Source: Macrostomum lignano
Taxonomy: Eukaryota
DNA: 64,000 nt
Direction of reading: 5' to 3'
Assembly: GCA_002269645.1 (NCBI GenBank)
Contig: NIVC01000027.1
Span: 186,001-250,000, forward strand
A program made the position numbers and the translations under genes. Numbering within the stretch: position 1 is the first letter of the stretch; each line of letters starts with the position of its first letter. This document shows positions 25,237-37,754 of the stretch, piece after piece. The notes beneath the pieces were generated by a model. That model ran no database searches. It saw nothing but the letters and a program-made list of their open reading frames with translations, and had not been told where the DNA came from.

Positions 25237-25423
25237 TATTTATCGTTAGGCATGTACACTTCACTGCGCCTTGGGGTTTGCCCTCAAGGACGTTAATTGC
25301 ACAAGCAGAGCCAAACCGCGATTCCAATTTAGCCCCAAATTAATGTGACTGCATTTGGAATCAAACCTGGGCCGCTGGCACATAAAAGCGCCGCGCGCGC
25401 TGGACCCCTAGACGACGGCCCCC
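25237..25423 (-). mobile_element. tRNA-derived SINE-like repeat
   Basis: Minus strand GGGGGCCGTCGTCTAGGGGT (A-box-like) ... CCAGGTTTGATTCC (B-box-like), GTCCTTGAG body motif, A-rich end. Confidence 0.45.
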
Positions 25424-26306
25424 AATTATTGCTTTTCCTGACCAAGCGGGTGGTAATTTTTTCTTCAGGTAATTCTCACAGCGCTTATGTGAACGTAGCA
25501 TATGCATTAGCTGATTCATCAACATTAGCAAAATTTGTGTTTCACTAATTGCAGTGGTAATAATACTGTATTGCATCATGCATCTACATGAATAAAAAGT
25601 ATAAAGTCGTCCCCTTGACGGAGAGCAAAGTGACGGAGACAAATTTTTGTTATTTTTAGTTCTAACCACTGGTGCATACAGTGAAGACTATAGTGCAAAC
25701 AGACGTTCATGGAAAGTAAATCAAGCAAAACCAAAGCCAATGGCTATTATATTGTCCCAGTTTTGCATAATTGAGTTTACAGAAGCTCACTGAGGAAGGG
25801 ATTGCTAATAAAGAAGGATTTTTGCATAAATCAGATTTTTATCGATTGCTAAAGCTACGAAAAAAGTTTGCTTAATACCATTGACTTTATATGCATGCAG
25901 CAACGATCTGATTAGTGGGAGACAGAGACACATTGTAAATAGTCAAGCGGATTAGTGGAAAAGTCAAACATTAACATTTTAAAGTAGAAATATTATTCAG
26001 ACAAATCAATAGTATATAAACTGACCTTTCGAGTTAGGACTGTGCTAATTGTTTTTTATAATCAGTGTTTTAAGGAAATAATTCAGAATAGCAGTATATT
26101 TATGTCATTTTATATCGTCGGGATTAATAGTTAAACAAACATTTTCAAGAAATTTTCAAAAAATCTGCGTGGACTATGTATTACCTATGGTGTAATTTAG
26201 CCAGCTTAGATTGCATGCAGGTTGCATAAACATGGCATGTCTATTATCAATTTCAATGCGGACAAACTATCGGAGGAGATCTCGGCTCTTCGACGCCATG
26301 ATATTG

Positions 26307-28299
26307 TTAAAACAGACTGCTTCGACTCTCGCTGTCTCTGTGTCCTGTCGCGCACGTGTCCGATGGCGCATCGATTGCTGATTCGAATGAGCAATAGCAG
26401 TTCACTATAAGCCTGCTCTGCTTTCGAATAGGACCGCAGAGTTTTATACGAACCTCTCGCCGACGAAAGCACTTACTTAATAGCTTGTGGATTAGGAAGA
26501 AAGTGGTCTCAGCGAACTCTGCCACGGATAGCATCAGCATGTACCTGTTCTCAACGCTATGTTCCTGCACGTGAGCGGCAATCGATGACAAAATGCCGAT
26601 TACAAAGTTGATGAAGAGCACAGGAACAAACAAGACGTAGAATACGTGCGTCACGTTTAGGTCAATACGATCGCTAGCCGGATAAAACTTTTCTGCATCG
26701 ACGATGTTAAGCGAAACCAGAAAGGTTTGATAGAAGGACTTGAGAAACTCGGCCAGATTATCCGGTCGGGTTGTGGTCGAATTTTCTGCTCTAGAGAAGG
26801 CAAAGCTAGACTGAAAAATTCTAGCGAAAACTCCAGTGAGCAGTACGTAGAGAAGGAAGAACCACGAGAACGTCACCATGCTTCGATAGAGGCTACTCAT
26901 CATTGCTGTTAGGCAGTGCAAATGCCGCAAGAAGCTGATCATCTGAGAGAAACCCGCTATTAGAAGCAGCATGATGCCGCAGCCGCTAACTGGATAAATT
27001 TGCTGACCTAGCAAGGCGCAGCTGTGCTCAGTGTCAAGGTAGATCCAGAGTAGAAAAATTGATGTCGGGAAGGCCAAGATGTACGGCAGGTACCAGCCAA
27101 GAATGTCGCCGACATTTTTTCGCGGCGAGCAGGGATATCCTACAGAGCGCCTAAAAGGAGATAAAATTTACTTTTATTTTCAGTTTTAACTTTGTGAATA
27201 ATGATTTGATGAAACTGTGTGATAATTAATAATTCGCTTACCGATAGCGTTCCTTGCGCATATAACCGTAAACAACTGCTACGGTGCCAAAGAAACCAAG
27301 CGTAATCCAGCCAATTAGTATTGTAAGTAGACCGTATGGAAACGTAAATGGCTTGTCAGAACACCGATCATTTAAATATTCGTACACGTTCGATCCGGCG
27401 AAAAATGCACTTGCGAATGTAAATATCAGTGCAACAAACAAGAATTGAACAAAGAACACTCGATTGCGCAAGTACAATGCCTCGGTCCACTGCTTCCAGA
27501 GAAAGCCGGTACGAAAGATTCCTAACGCTTTGATCTCAGCCAAGGTGCTCTGGCTGTAGATATCTACAAGAACGCTGATAGGACTGGTGAAAAAGCAGAA
27601 ATTCTCGGCAGTAAAATCTGACACATCAAACGAGATTCGTTCATTAAGACCTTCAGTGTCTGAGTGAGCCAGAGTAGTTGGAGAGCAGTAGATTAGGACG
27701 TACTCAACGTAATTCGCCAGGCCTAGGAACACGCCCCAGCTCATCGGATCCATTCCGAACCTACACAAGGTCTGAATCATTCGCTGTTGCTGTTCCGTCG
27801 TGAACAGGGTCCTGTGAAACAGATCTAACAGACTCTTGCACTCTTCAGTCATACCCGAGCCTGAGGCGGAACCGGCGTTCTCGTCAGTCATGAAGCGAAT
27901 CGCACTCATCAGCACGTGATACGCAGTGAAGCCGTTGTCTTTAATCTCAGCAAAGTCGACGCCAGATTCGTTCATAAACCGGAGACAGCGCTGAGCGTTG
28001 TAGAAGATGGCAATAAAAAACGGATTTGTCGGAAACGGGTGCTTTGAGTTACCGATCGATGACGTGTGCAAAAAGTTTGGATCGCAATTCGACCAGGTAC
28101 CAGAAGTGTCGAAGCTCTGTAAGAACTTCTTCCAATTGAGTCGCCGAGAGGCCGCTTTTAAGTCGTCAACATTGTCGGTCGCGATGCACTTTACAAATGC
28201 CAGCCATTCCGAACGGCTATTGACAATTCTTTTAATATCCATTAGCAATTTGGCTGTCTCTTTACCATCCATAGATTTTGGTGCTACTTTTGCCGTCAT
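26307..28299 (-). CDS. TRPV-like ankyrin-repeat cation channel, copy 2; exons 28299-27242 and 27150-26307 (633 aa)
   Basis: Intron 27151-27241 at the same phase-2 position as copy 1; pore SLNIVD; S6 VLFINFVIGIL. Confidence 0.75.
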
Positions 28300-28884
28300 T
28301 TATAAGCTAATTCTAATAGCTGGGAGAACTCGTTCACTTTGCTCTGCTGCACTCCAGCAATCAGAGAGGGACAATAAAATTGGAGCAGGCATTAGATTTA
28401 TTGCGTTTCTGTCTCATTGGTTCAAAGCTCCCTCCGTTCAATATTGATACTCTGACAGAATTTGATTTGCTGCTGACCAGTTATGTCTGATTTTTATGCC
28501 AGAATTTCATGTTGGGGCATAAAACAGCAGGTTATTTTTCGAGTGTAGCTTTACATTTTCTCTTGCAGTCATGAAAACTATCTAATAGGTTATAGCTCTT
28601 TAAATGTTTTTAATAAGGGCATACGCTTAAAATGTTTCAGAACTTTGTCTTTATATGAGCGTAAATACACTTTTGAAAGTCGTGGGGCATTTCAAAAACT
28701 CATCGTTTTGCATCGTTGAAGTGTTTGATTTTCTAGGTTAGGAAAGTAAAAAAAAACTGGCTTATCGACAAAATAATTTTCCGTCTGTACCGACTTCGAC
28801 GATGTAAAATTTTGAGCCTATGAAAGCGACCCATTTTTTCATTCAAGCAAGTATTGTCGCCTGTATTAGTTAGTAACAGTGAAA

Positions 28885-30858
28885 TCAGTTCTGCTGACAA
28901 TTCTTGGCCTCAAGCACAGCCGAGAGCCGTTCATTGTTGGCTGCCAGAAGTCGGCTGTGCCTACTCACTGGACGGCAGCAACGAAGCACCAACTGTTCAC
29001 CGCTGCTTCCCACTAGTTTCCTTATCGCCGACCGAGTTGGCGACAAAATCATCTCGGAGAACTCCGCCACCGACAATATGAGAAGGTAGCGATTCTCTGG
29101 ACTGTGCTCGTGAACGTGCGTTACAACCGATGTCAGAATGCCGATCGCAAAGTTTAGAAACAGAACAGGTACAAACAGGATGTAGATCATATGCGTGATG
29201 CTCATGTCGATTCGATCATCCGTTGGTGAAAGCATGCTCGAATCGATAATGTTTAGCGACACTAGAAACGTTCGATAAAAGGCGGTGAAGAAGTTGACAG
29301 ATTTTGGGCCACTATTCTCCTCCGATATTGAGGTGCTGTTTCTAACTACATAATCGCTGCTAGCAGAGAACAGGCGCACTTGAAATACGCGTGTGAAGAC
29401 GCCAGTTAGTACCAAGTAGAGCATGATGAACACGGTGAATGTACCAATGCTCTTGTACATACTGGTCATCAGGGTTGTAAGCGATGGGACCAGTCGGAGA
29501 TAGGCAACGATTAGCGATACACTAGTAAGCAGCAACAGTAGAATGCAGCAGCCGCTCACAGAGCAGATGTGATCGCCCAGCAGTCTGCAACTGTTGCCAG
29601 TGTCCGAGTAAAGCCATAAGAGAAATGTTGAGATGGGAATAGACAGCATCCACGGCAGGAACCAAAACAGCATGTCAACGTGCGCATGCCTAGGCGCAAT
29701 CGGATAGCCAACTTTTCTTCTGGAAGAAACATTGGTTAAATACCGCTATAATTAAGTATCCCTTCAGGACCACGAGCGTATTTAAAGTTGCTATACTTAC
29801 CTGTACTGCTCTTTGCGCCAGAGACTGTAGCCGCTGGCGGCAGTCCCAAATGTAGCATAAAAGAACCAGTAAACCAAGATGATGAACACTCCTATTGGAA
29901 ATGGAAAATCTCGACCTGAACACCTGGCCTTAAGAAAATCGTTGACACCGCCGCCAACAACTGACACCGTTGCCGCGGTGAGGAAAATTACGTTGGACAG
30001 AAGCAGCGCGGTGAAGAAGCGATTGCGCATGTACAACACTTCGGCCCACTGCTTCCAAATGAAACCAGTCCGGAAAATTCCAAGAGCCTTGATCTCCGCT
30101 AAAGTGCTTTGTCCGTACATGTCGACCAGGACACAAATTGGGCTTGTGAAAAAGCTGGAATCATCGCCGGTCATTTCGGACACGTCAATGCTGACGCGTT
30201 CATTTAGTCCAGCAGCGTCGGAATTCACGACGGGGGCTGGAACGCAGAATGTCATGATGTACTCGACGTAGTTTGCCAGGCCGAGAAACACTCCCCAACT
30301 GAGTGGGGCCATGCCGAGCTTGCAGGTTACATTTAGCATGCGGCGTTGCTGCTCTGCCGTGAATAGAGTCTTGTGAAACAGAGCTAACAGACTTTTGCAC
30401 TCTTCGGTTATGCCCGAGCCTGATGCGGAATCGGCGCTCTCGTCAGTCATGAAGCGAATCGCGCTCATCAGCACGTGATACGCCGTAAAGCCGTTATCGC
30501 TGATCCTAGAGAAGTCGACGTCGGATTCGTTCATAAACCGGAGACAGCGCTGAGCATTGTAGAAGATGGCAATAAAAAACGGATTAGTAGGAAACGGATG
30601 CTTTGAGTTACCAATCGCTGATGGATGCGCAAAGTTCGATTCGCAATCAGACCAGATGGCATTAATGTCGGAGCTCTTCAGAAACTCTTTCCAATTAAAA
30701 CTCTTTGAAGCTACTCGCAAGTCCTCGACATCATCGTTGGCTATACAATTGACGAATGTAAGCCACTCTTTGGGGCCCTGCAGGAAGCTTGTGATGTCGT
30801 TTTGAGTGTGCAGATCTGCCTTCGACAGTTGCCCGTTGTTAAGAATTAGCTCAAACAT
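28885..30858 (-). CDS. TRPV-like ankyrin-repeat cation channel, copy 3; exons 30858-29801 and 29719-28885 (630 aa)
   Basis: Intron 29720-29800 at the same position; pore SLNIID; S6 VLFLNFAIGIL. Confidence 0.75.
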
Positions 30859-32364
30859 TTTAAAGAATATTTGAGTGCTGCAAAACTAGTTATGAGCTAC
30901 TCCTGGCTCTGTGCAGCTGAGTTTGTCGACGAGCTCCGTTATATCCACACAGCAGGCACTGACTGCTGCTCAGATGAGATTACGTCGGATTAGCCTACAT
31001 TCACTGACTCGGTACTCTCAACGCTTTTAAATTAACTCGCATTGATTCGCTGTCGTTGTGACAAATGTTATCAGAAGCGCTGGTTCGTTTAATTAAGCGA
31101 GATTAAGTAAATGAACAAGCCTATTCTCTTCATTTACAGTGCCTATCTGCAGTTTGCTAGACTAGCAATCATATTAGGGAACTGGCGGCCACCGTGTCAC
31201 GTCCGATTACGCTGATAATTTACATGAATTTCAGCCAACCTTAATGAGAAATGATTATTTGTCCCAGCTTGTAGAACTCCATTTCCATTAAATAGATTGG
31301 AAGGCATTTTTTGTTGTGCAGGTAATCAGACTTTGCAATTATTCTCAAGAGAAAGAGTTCAATAATTAGATTATGGTTGCATTGTTAGCGAAGCTGCACT
31401 TTTCATTTGGACGACGGTCTAGGTGTGCGATCAGTTGGAGCCATTGCGACGCTCATAACAACGCAAGCAAACCCTATAATTGAATATCGCATTCTGATTT
31501 GCTATCTTGATTCTTGAGCACTCGGCTAGCACTGATTTATTCTCAGGTTTAATTCTAGATTATTCTTAATTAAACTTGATGCCAGAACAAGCCTTCGCAA
31601 AAAACTAAAATCTTATTAAGAGTCGAAAGTGAAAAGCTAGTAGTGCTGTGTGATAAAAGTCTAGTGCTAAGAACCTCGCGGATGTAAGTAAGAAGAGTAT
31701 TGTAATCGAATTCTTGTGTTTACTGTGTTTGTAACGCTACTTTCCTTTATTTTTCACATTCAATAAATGATTGTGCATCTACAGTTAACATTATTCATTG
31801 GAATAATTGTTTCTTGCACTCTGTTCCAGAATGGTCCCAGAAAACGTGCTCGCATTCTGAGTTGGTCAATTAAATGTACAAATTAAAACAAATTTGCAAA
31901 TAAACCAGTATTCTGCTGTAAGTAGAATGCTTGGAGGATTTCAATAGAATTGAATAATATATGTATGTGCATTAATGCATAACAATTTATACTTAGGATG
32001 TCTACGTTCGGATCATGTCTTGAAGTATACGTTGAGAGCAAATTAAAAAACAAAAGTACATGTATATGCTACCAAATATAAGTTAGAGTCGGATCTGTTG
32101 AATTTTAAGTCTGCATTTACAATGCAGTCAAAAGCTTTTTGTTATATTTATTTATTAAACTTATAATTGAGTCTTAAAGTCCTGATTAGTTTTTGGTTAC
32201 CATCACCAAATTTCACTTAGGTTTTTACTCGTATTTTTCATCAGCAGCTCGAGCAGAATCTTTAGTTTTAGTTTTCTGAAACAATTGACTGTTGGAATTC
32301 ATGTTGAGCTTTACGATTTTATGGAAATATTTACGAAGATTATTTATATTATTATTACGAAATT

Positions 32365-32453
32365 ATTATTTATTATTATTTATTAATTATTATTTATTAT
32401 TATTTATTATTATTTATTAATTATTATTAATTATTATTTATTATTATTTATTA

Positions 32454-32495
<42 letters not shown>

Positions 32496-32515
32496 TATTA
32501 ATTATTAAAGATTAT
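32365..32515. repeat. (TTA)n microsatellite, imperfect
   Basis: Directly visible. Confidence 0.95.
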
Positions 32516-33068
32516 TTTTACGAAAAATAATGGACGCTGACAAAAGAATGTGCTACTATGGTAGACGCATCTTACCGTTCAGGTAATTAATTTAGGCATC
32601 GACAATCTAAACGACATGCTGTAGCCCGGAGCCGCGTCACTGACAATACGATGCTTAGTTGCCGACTTGTAGGAATCGCCAGGAACTGAACTCGAAGGAA
32701 CTTGCTCTGGCCAAGCCTCAGCAAGCCAATTTGGACTGCAGCTTTGCCCATACGCGACGTGGCTCTGTAGACTCCAAATCCATAGAGTTTGCCTCGGCGT
32801 TCCTCTCAAGCGGATGGTGCAGCATTTGCCAATCAGATTTTGATAGCGGCTTACGTCGTTCCCCTTTAACTCTTTGCCGCGTGGGCAAACTGGAATATGC
32901 GACATGTAGTGCTGTTAGTAGTAGTAGTCAAAGACCAGGGTATGACAAGGACGAAAAACTCGAAGCTCGTTTAATATCTTTGAAGGCCAATTTTCTAAGA
33001 AATACACTGCGGATATCGACACTAGCAAGTGGGCAGAGTTACAGAGTCAATGAGCGTGACTGTAGCGT

Positions 33069-33260
33069 TCATTTTTTTAAATGCCCCTGAGCTGCCTGCA
33101 AATTGTGATCAAGGATTCTGTACCAAAGCGCTGCAGAAGATTCGTACGCATGCGAGTACATGATATGCAAACTGTATAATGTACACGTATACTTACAAAG
33201 GCCGAATGTTTCACTGATGACGAACGCAGCAAGGACAAACGCAACCAGTAGAATTCTCAT
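33069..33260 (-). CDS. candidate 41-aa secreted peptide; exons 33260-33197 and 33130-33069
   Basis: CAAAATG start, signal-peptide-like MRILLVAFVLAAFVISETFG, GTAAGT..TGCAG 66-bp intron, then LSLWYRILDHNLQAAQGHLKK*. Confidence 0.4.
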   Translation of the reverse strand: MRILLVAFVLAAFVISETFGLCKYTCTLYSLHIMYSHAYESSAALWYRILDHNLQAAQGHLKK

Positions 33261-34615
33261 TTTGACGTATTGGGTAATCGGATATGAAAAGACCAGACCG
33301 TGTGGGAACACTATATTGCTCTAGTATAGATCTCTGACTTCATAGTATAGATACCCTAGATGACATTGGCTTGGGGTTTCTTACAAGATCTGACTTGAAC
33401 TGCGCCCTAAGTTCTTGCAAGAGCTCAGCAGATCTTCGCCATTGAAATACATAGTCAATTCTTACCAGATCTTCTGAACAGATCATGCAAGATCTTCGGG
33501 CCAGATCTGCTAAGATGACACAGGATCATGCAAGTTCTTGAGGCCATATCTTCCAAGAAGATACAAGATTAGTCAAGATCTGATAAGGCATAGAAGATGA
33601 ATGTCTATAGCACGCAATGCGCGTGCAGTACCTCTATGGTGCATACATAATCAAAATTTTAAGACTCGGGAACTCGGGAAGTTACCTGAAGAAAAAAGTA
33701 ATATAAACAAAAGAACATTTTTCTCTGCATTTTATTATTGGGTGAATTATAGTGGCACTATTGGGCAATTCCCTATTTAAACATTTTTACTATTTAATTT
33801 TTATTTATAATTTACATACAGAGAGCATATAGTATTTACAAAAGCATGAACACAAAAACATAAAGGCGTAATGAAGTAGCAAACACAGCAAAATACAATA
33901 AAATTCCATTGCAAAAATTATAGCAAATTATAATTTAATTGCAATCTCGACAAGCATGCGATATAAACTAAATTATAAACATTTTCCTTAAAAATGTTGC
34001 TAAAACAAATCTTTACAAAATTAGGCTATCATACATATATAGTCATTGGCTCATTTCCTTTATAGCTAACACAAAATTTAGAAAGTAAAAATTCACAATC
34101 AAATTGCAATTCGTCCAATTTAATATTTAAAGTATTCTACTGTAAGTAGAAAGTATAACATTTGAGTAAAATTGCAATAATTGCAAGTGAATTGCACAGC
34201 AAATTGCAATTTAATTAATTTTTGTGGAAATAAAATTACAATTACGGCAATTATATAAAATTCTTGGCAATATTTCTAATTTCATCCCAATCCGGGTGTC
34301 TTGGAGGGGAGGGAACGGCACATCTTAAGAGCAAATTGCTTCTGCAAGAATAAGTGTTGAACAAATTTCTCTAAAATCAGAGTAACTATAGTAACTTTTG
34401 CTCGTCGAAATTTCCGTTTTGCCATATTGCATTACCAACCGTTTCTTTCTGTTAATTTGATGCCAGTTAGTTAAAAAGCCCCCATTCTGATATAGCTGCA
34501 TTAAAAACTGTTTACAAAACTGTATTTTGAAAAGTAAACTAGAAAAGTTTTTTAAAGTATTAAGTTTCGCAAATCTGTTCACCAAAGGCGGCTAGGCATA
34601 ATGACAGTTAGAGTG

Positions 34616-34712
34616 CAGCTGGGCACCGAAGGCAGCTGGGCACCGAAGGCAGCTGGGCACCAAAGGCAGCTGGGCACCGAAGGCAGCTGGGCACCGAAGG
34701 CTGAGCACCAAT
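34616..34712. repeat. 17-bp tandem repeat (GCAGCTGGGCACCGAAG) x5
   Basis: Directly visible. Confidence 0.9.
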
Positions 34713-35231
34713 GCACAGTAGGCAACGCAGGGCATCTGGCAGGGAAATGAAGATATTTGTGACACTGACAAGACTAATATTATTCACTTTCTACTTCGAA
34801 ATTCGGATTTTAGAGCTAAGTAAGCAATATATTAGGTTTTTAAACTACATATTATTTTGCACTTGTAGCTTGTACTAGTAATACCCAGAGCGGCTGAAGA
34901 TAGACAAAATTTAATCTAGTAAGCAAAATAAAAATGTACTCATAATCAGAGAACGAAAAAACGACACGAATGTGTAGGCGCGCTGCCTGCTTACCTGCTA
35001 GGGTTGCTCATACTGCTGGGGCTGCCGTGTCGCCGCAGTGCTCATGCATACTGTGTGCACCTGCCAAGGGGGACGCAAAGTTGGGTATGAAGTTCTGTAG
35101 ATTCTTACTGACATCTAAAGTTATTACAGACCGAATGGATCAAATTCAAGATAGTGTTAATGTACTAATTACGAAAAAATATACTTTGGTTTTACACAGA
35201 AGTAAAAAACACGCGCAAATAAATGGGCTAC

Positions 35232-35684
35232 CTAATTGTGTTCGCAGCAGCTCAGAATCGGCACAAGGTAGACCTGGTTATCATCGGCCACCAGCAAGCA
35301 CTTTAGGAAATCCAAACCAATTGGAACAGGAAAGTCGTCGCATCCAAAACTGTCTTCGTACTGCTGCCGTGAACAACAAAACATATTATTCTTTTTTACT
35401 GATAAAATCGGAGAAATTCTGACAGACTGGGTCCCGTGATCAATGCTCTTGATGACTCCTACAGATTCGCTAGAATAATTCACGATGAAGCTGATGCACG
35501 TTCCTTTCCGAGCATTATCATAGGTATGGAACACCTGCATTCCATTGGAGAAAGAATTCTTACAACTTTTTTTACCATCACGATTTTTGCTTAAAATATT
35601 TAGCGGCTGGTGAAGCCTGTGCTGATGCATGAAAGGGCGCAAAATAGCTTGCAAACAGAATTGGTTATCTCCCAAAAGGCTCAA
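35232..35684 (-). pseudogene. possible C-terminal remnant of a CMC-type transposase
   Basis: Ends LKCLLVADDNQVYLVPILSCCEHN, paralleling the end of the intact transposase at 47619 (RKCFLLPSSGGEYIVIPYCCAI). Confidence 0.4.
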
Positions 35685-37145
35685 CCGATTTTCATTGTTT
35701 CTTCAAAATACTAAAAATGATATACAAAAATGGCTCTTCACCACACTTTTATTATTGATTCCAATGAGTGACTAACAGACAAAACTAATGCTTACCTATT
35801 GCCAGGCAGCTTTCTTGGACACAGAACTAAAATGGAATTATATTGGATTGCCAGTTAGACTTAGTAAGCTATTACTTTTGGGATATACTTATATTCTACC
35901 AGTTTTAGTATAATCCTTAACTTGATGATTGTTAAAGAATTAAGCATTGGAGATGTGATTTATAATTCAATACAGCAGCCTGAGCAGTGATAGGCAATGA
36001 CTAGTTAATAAAAGTTATCTTGAAAAGATAATTTTTTTTAAAATAAAAAACATTAAACATTTAAACTTAAACTCAAGAAACTAACTTTCTTGATAACAAA
36101 AAAACTCCAAATTTTCAAAAAATAGCTCTTTTCTGGCTAACTTGTCCATTACTGCAAATATGGAAAGATAATAATAGAAAAGGGACAAAGGCTAGCATAG
36201 CAAGCCTTTGTTAGCAAAATAACAAGGTGTTTATTAATATGTTGTTGACCACAAAGTCATTACCAAAAACACTATAAAAATATTTTCCAAGGTACACTAC
36301 CATAAAAATATACATAAATAATGAATACAAAGTCTAAAGTAATTTAAGTAAACAACCTAGCCCTACATTATAAGCTACCATTATATTTAAAAACTTAAGG
36401 ACCAGACTAAAGACAAATGCATATATATAACCATTTTAACAACATATTAAAAATATTTGCATAACTTACCTTGGAAAACATAACATTATTGAGACAAGGC
36501 CTCACTATAGGAATTGGTTTTGTTGTACCATAACAAAACAAACACATTTTGCTGCCTTTGCCTTTCCAAGCCAAAGTAATCCTGGCTTGCTGGTCTGCGT
36601 AGCCTTTTAGCCCTTGGACTTTGGCTTGAATGATCACCAGTTTCCATATTCTTTCTAAATTAAATAGAAAATTTGCACCTGGAAATTTAAGTTTAGACTT
36701 CAGATTAAAATATAATTATGATCAAAAAATTATTACTGAGTTTGAAGAATATTTTATAAAGATACTCATAATCATGACTACTATTATGCATATTTCATAA
36801 GCTTAAGGACTAAGGGTAATATGCTTATAAACATGCATTTTCTATTTAAATCATGACCTCATGATTTAAAGATCTCTGGATAATCTTTATAATCCATGAT
36901 CTTACTTAGCTAGCTTATGGATTAGACCAGTATACTATCTATACTATATACATAGTCTATATAGCATTGTCTAAATAGTGTATTACTAATAATAACAGCA
37001 AACAAAATCAAACATAATATAATTATCAATGAACCATGTAGTTTAAAGTTAGAAACACCCACTTTTCAGAGTATGGCCCAGTGGCAAATATAGAGCCGCA
37101 ACCAAAAATTTTTTTTCATACTTTTTAGGGTATAGGACCAAGTGA

Positions 37146-37504
37146 GGGGGAGCTATTATCTTCCTGCATTGCTATTGCCATATTGGTTGTGATGGGTTAT
37201 AGAGTTAGATAAGAGGAAATATCCTAAGATTGGTTACTAATAACTTGTAATAAGCCAAGGCAAATAAGTGGCCCAAAATGGTTGCAAGTCAACCAAGGCA
37301 ATTTTAACAATACGCCTAGGCCTATCTTATAGTTCCTTTATAATTCAAATTGAATGAAAAAAATGAGGAGCCTGGCTTATTTACCCACTTGGCCCATTTA
37401 CTAGTTTCTTTCTTGTAGCCTTGTCTTATTGGCTCTCTCTATCTTACCCTTTCTCAGCATCATCCAATAACATGGCAAGCCAAATTCCTCCCCCTAGCTC
37501 CCCC
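37146..37504. mobile_element. old fold-back MITE-like element
   Basis: GGGGGAGCTA..TAGCTCCCCC ends with degenerate inverted similarity extending inward. Confidence 0.45.
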
Positions 37505-37754
37505 AAGTATGGCAGTCTTTGTGTGGCAGTCTTGGCAACCTCAGTGTCAATTTCATTAGCCAGTTAGAGCTGTGGCAGTCTTGGTGTATGGCAGTCTTGG
37601 TCATGAGCCCTTTTTTGGTCTACAACTATAATTATGCCAGGTCTTGACTTACTTGACTTAGCTGCAGGGTGGTCCGTAGACACAGCGGGGAGGCGAGGGT
37701 CGCCCATTCCGCTAGCCCCTGAAGGCCCGCAGACAGGCAGAGGCGTGGGGCCGG

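Noticed and set aside
33740-34295. MITE suggested by TTGGGTGAATT / AATTTCATCCCAA and many TTGCAATT words
   Set aside because: Inverted match is short and imperfect in AT-rich DNA; no TSD
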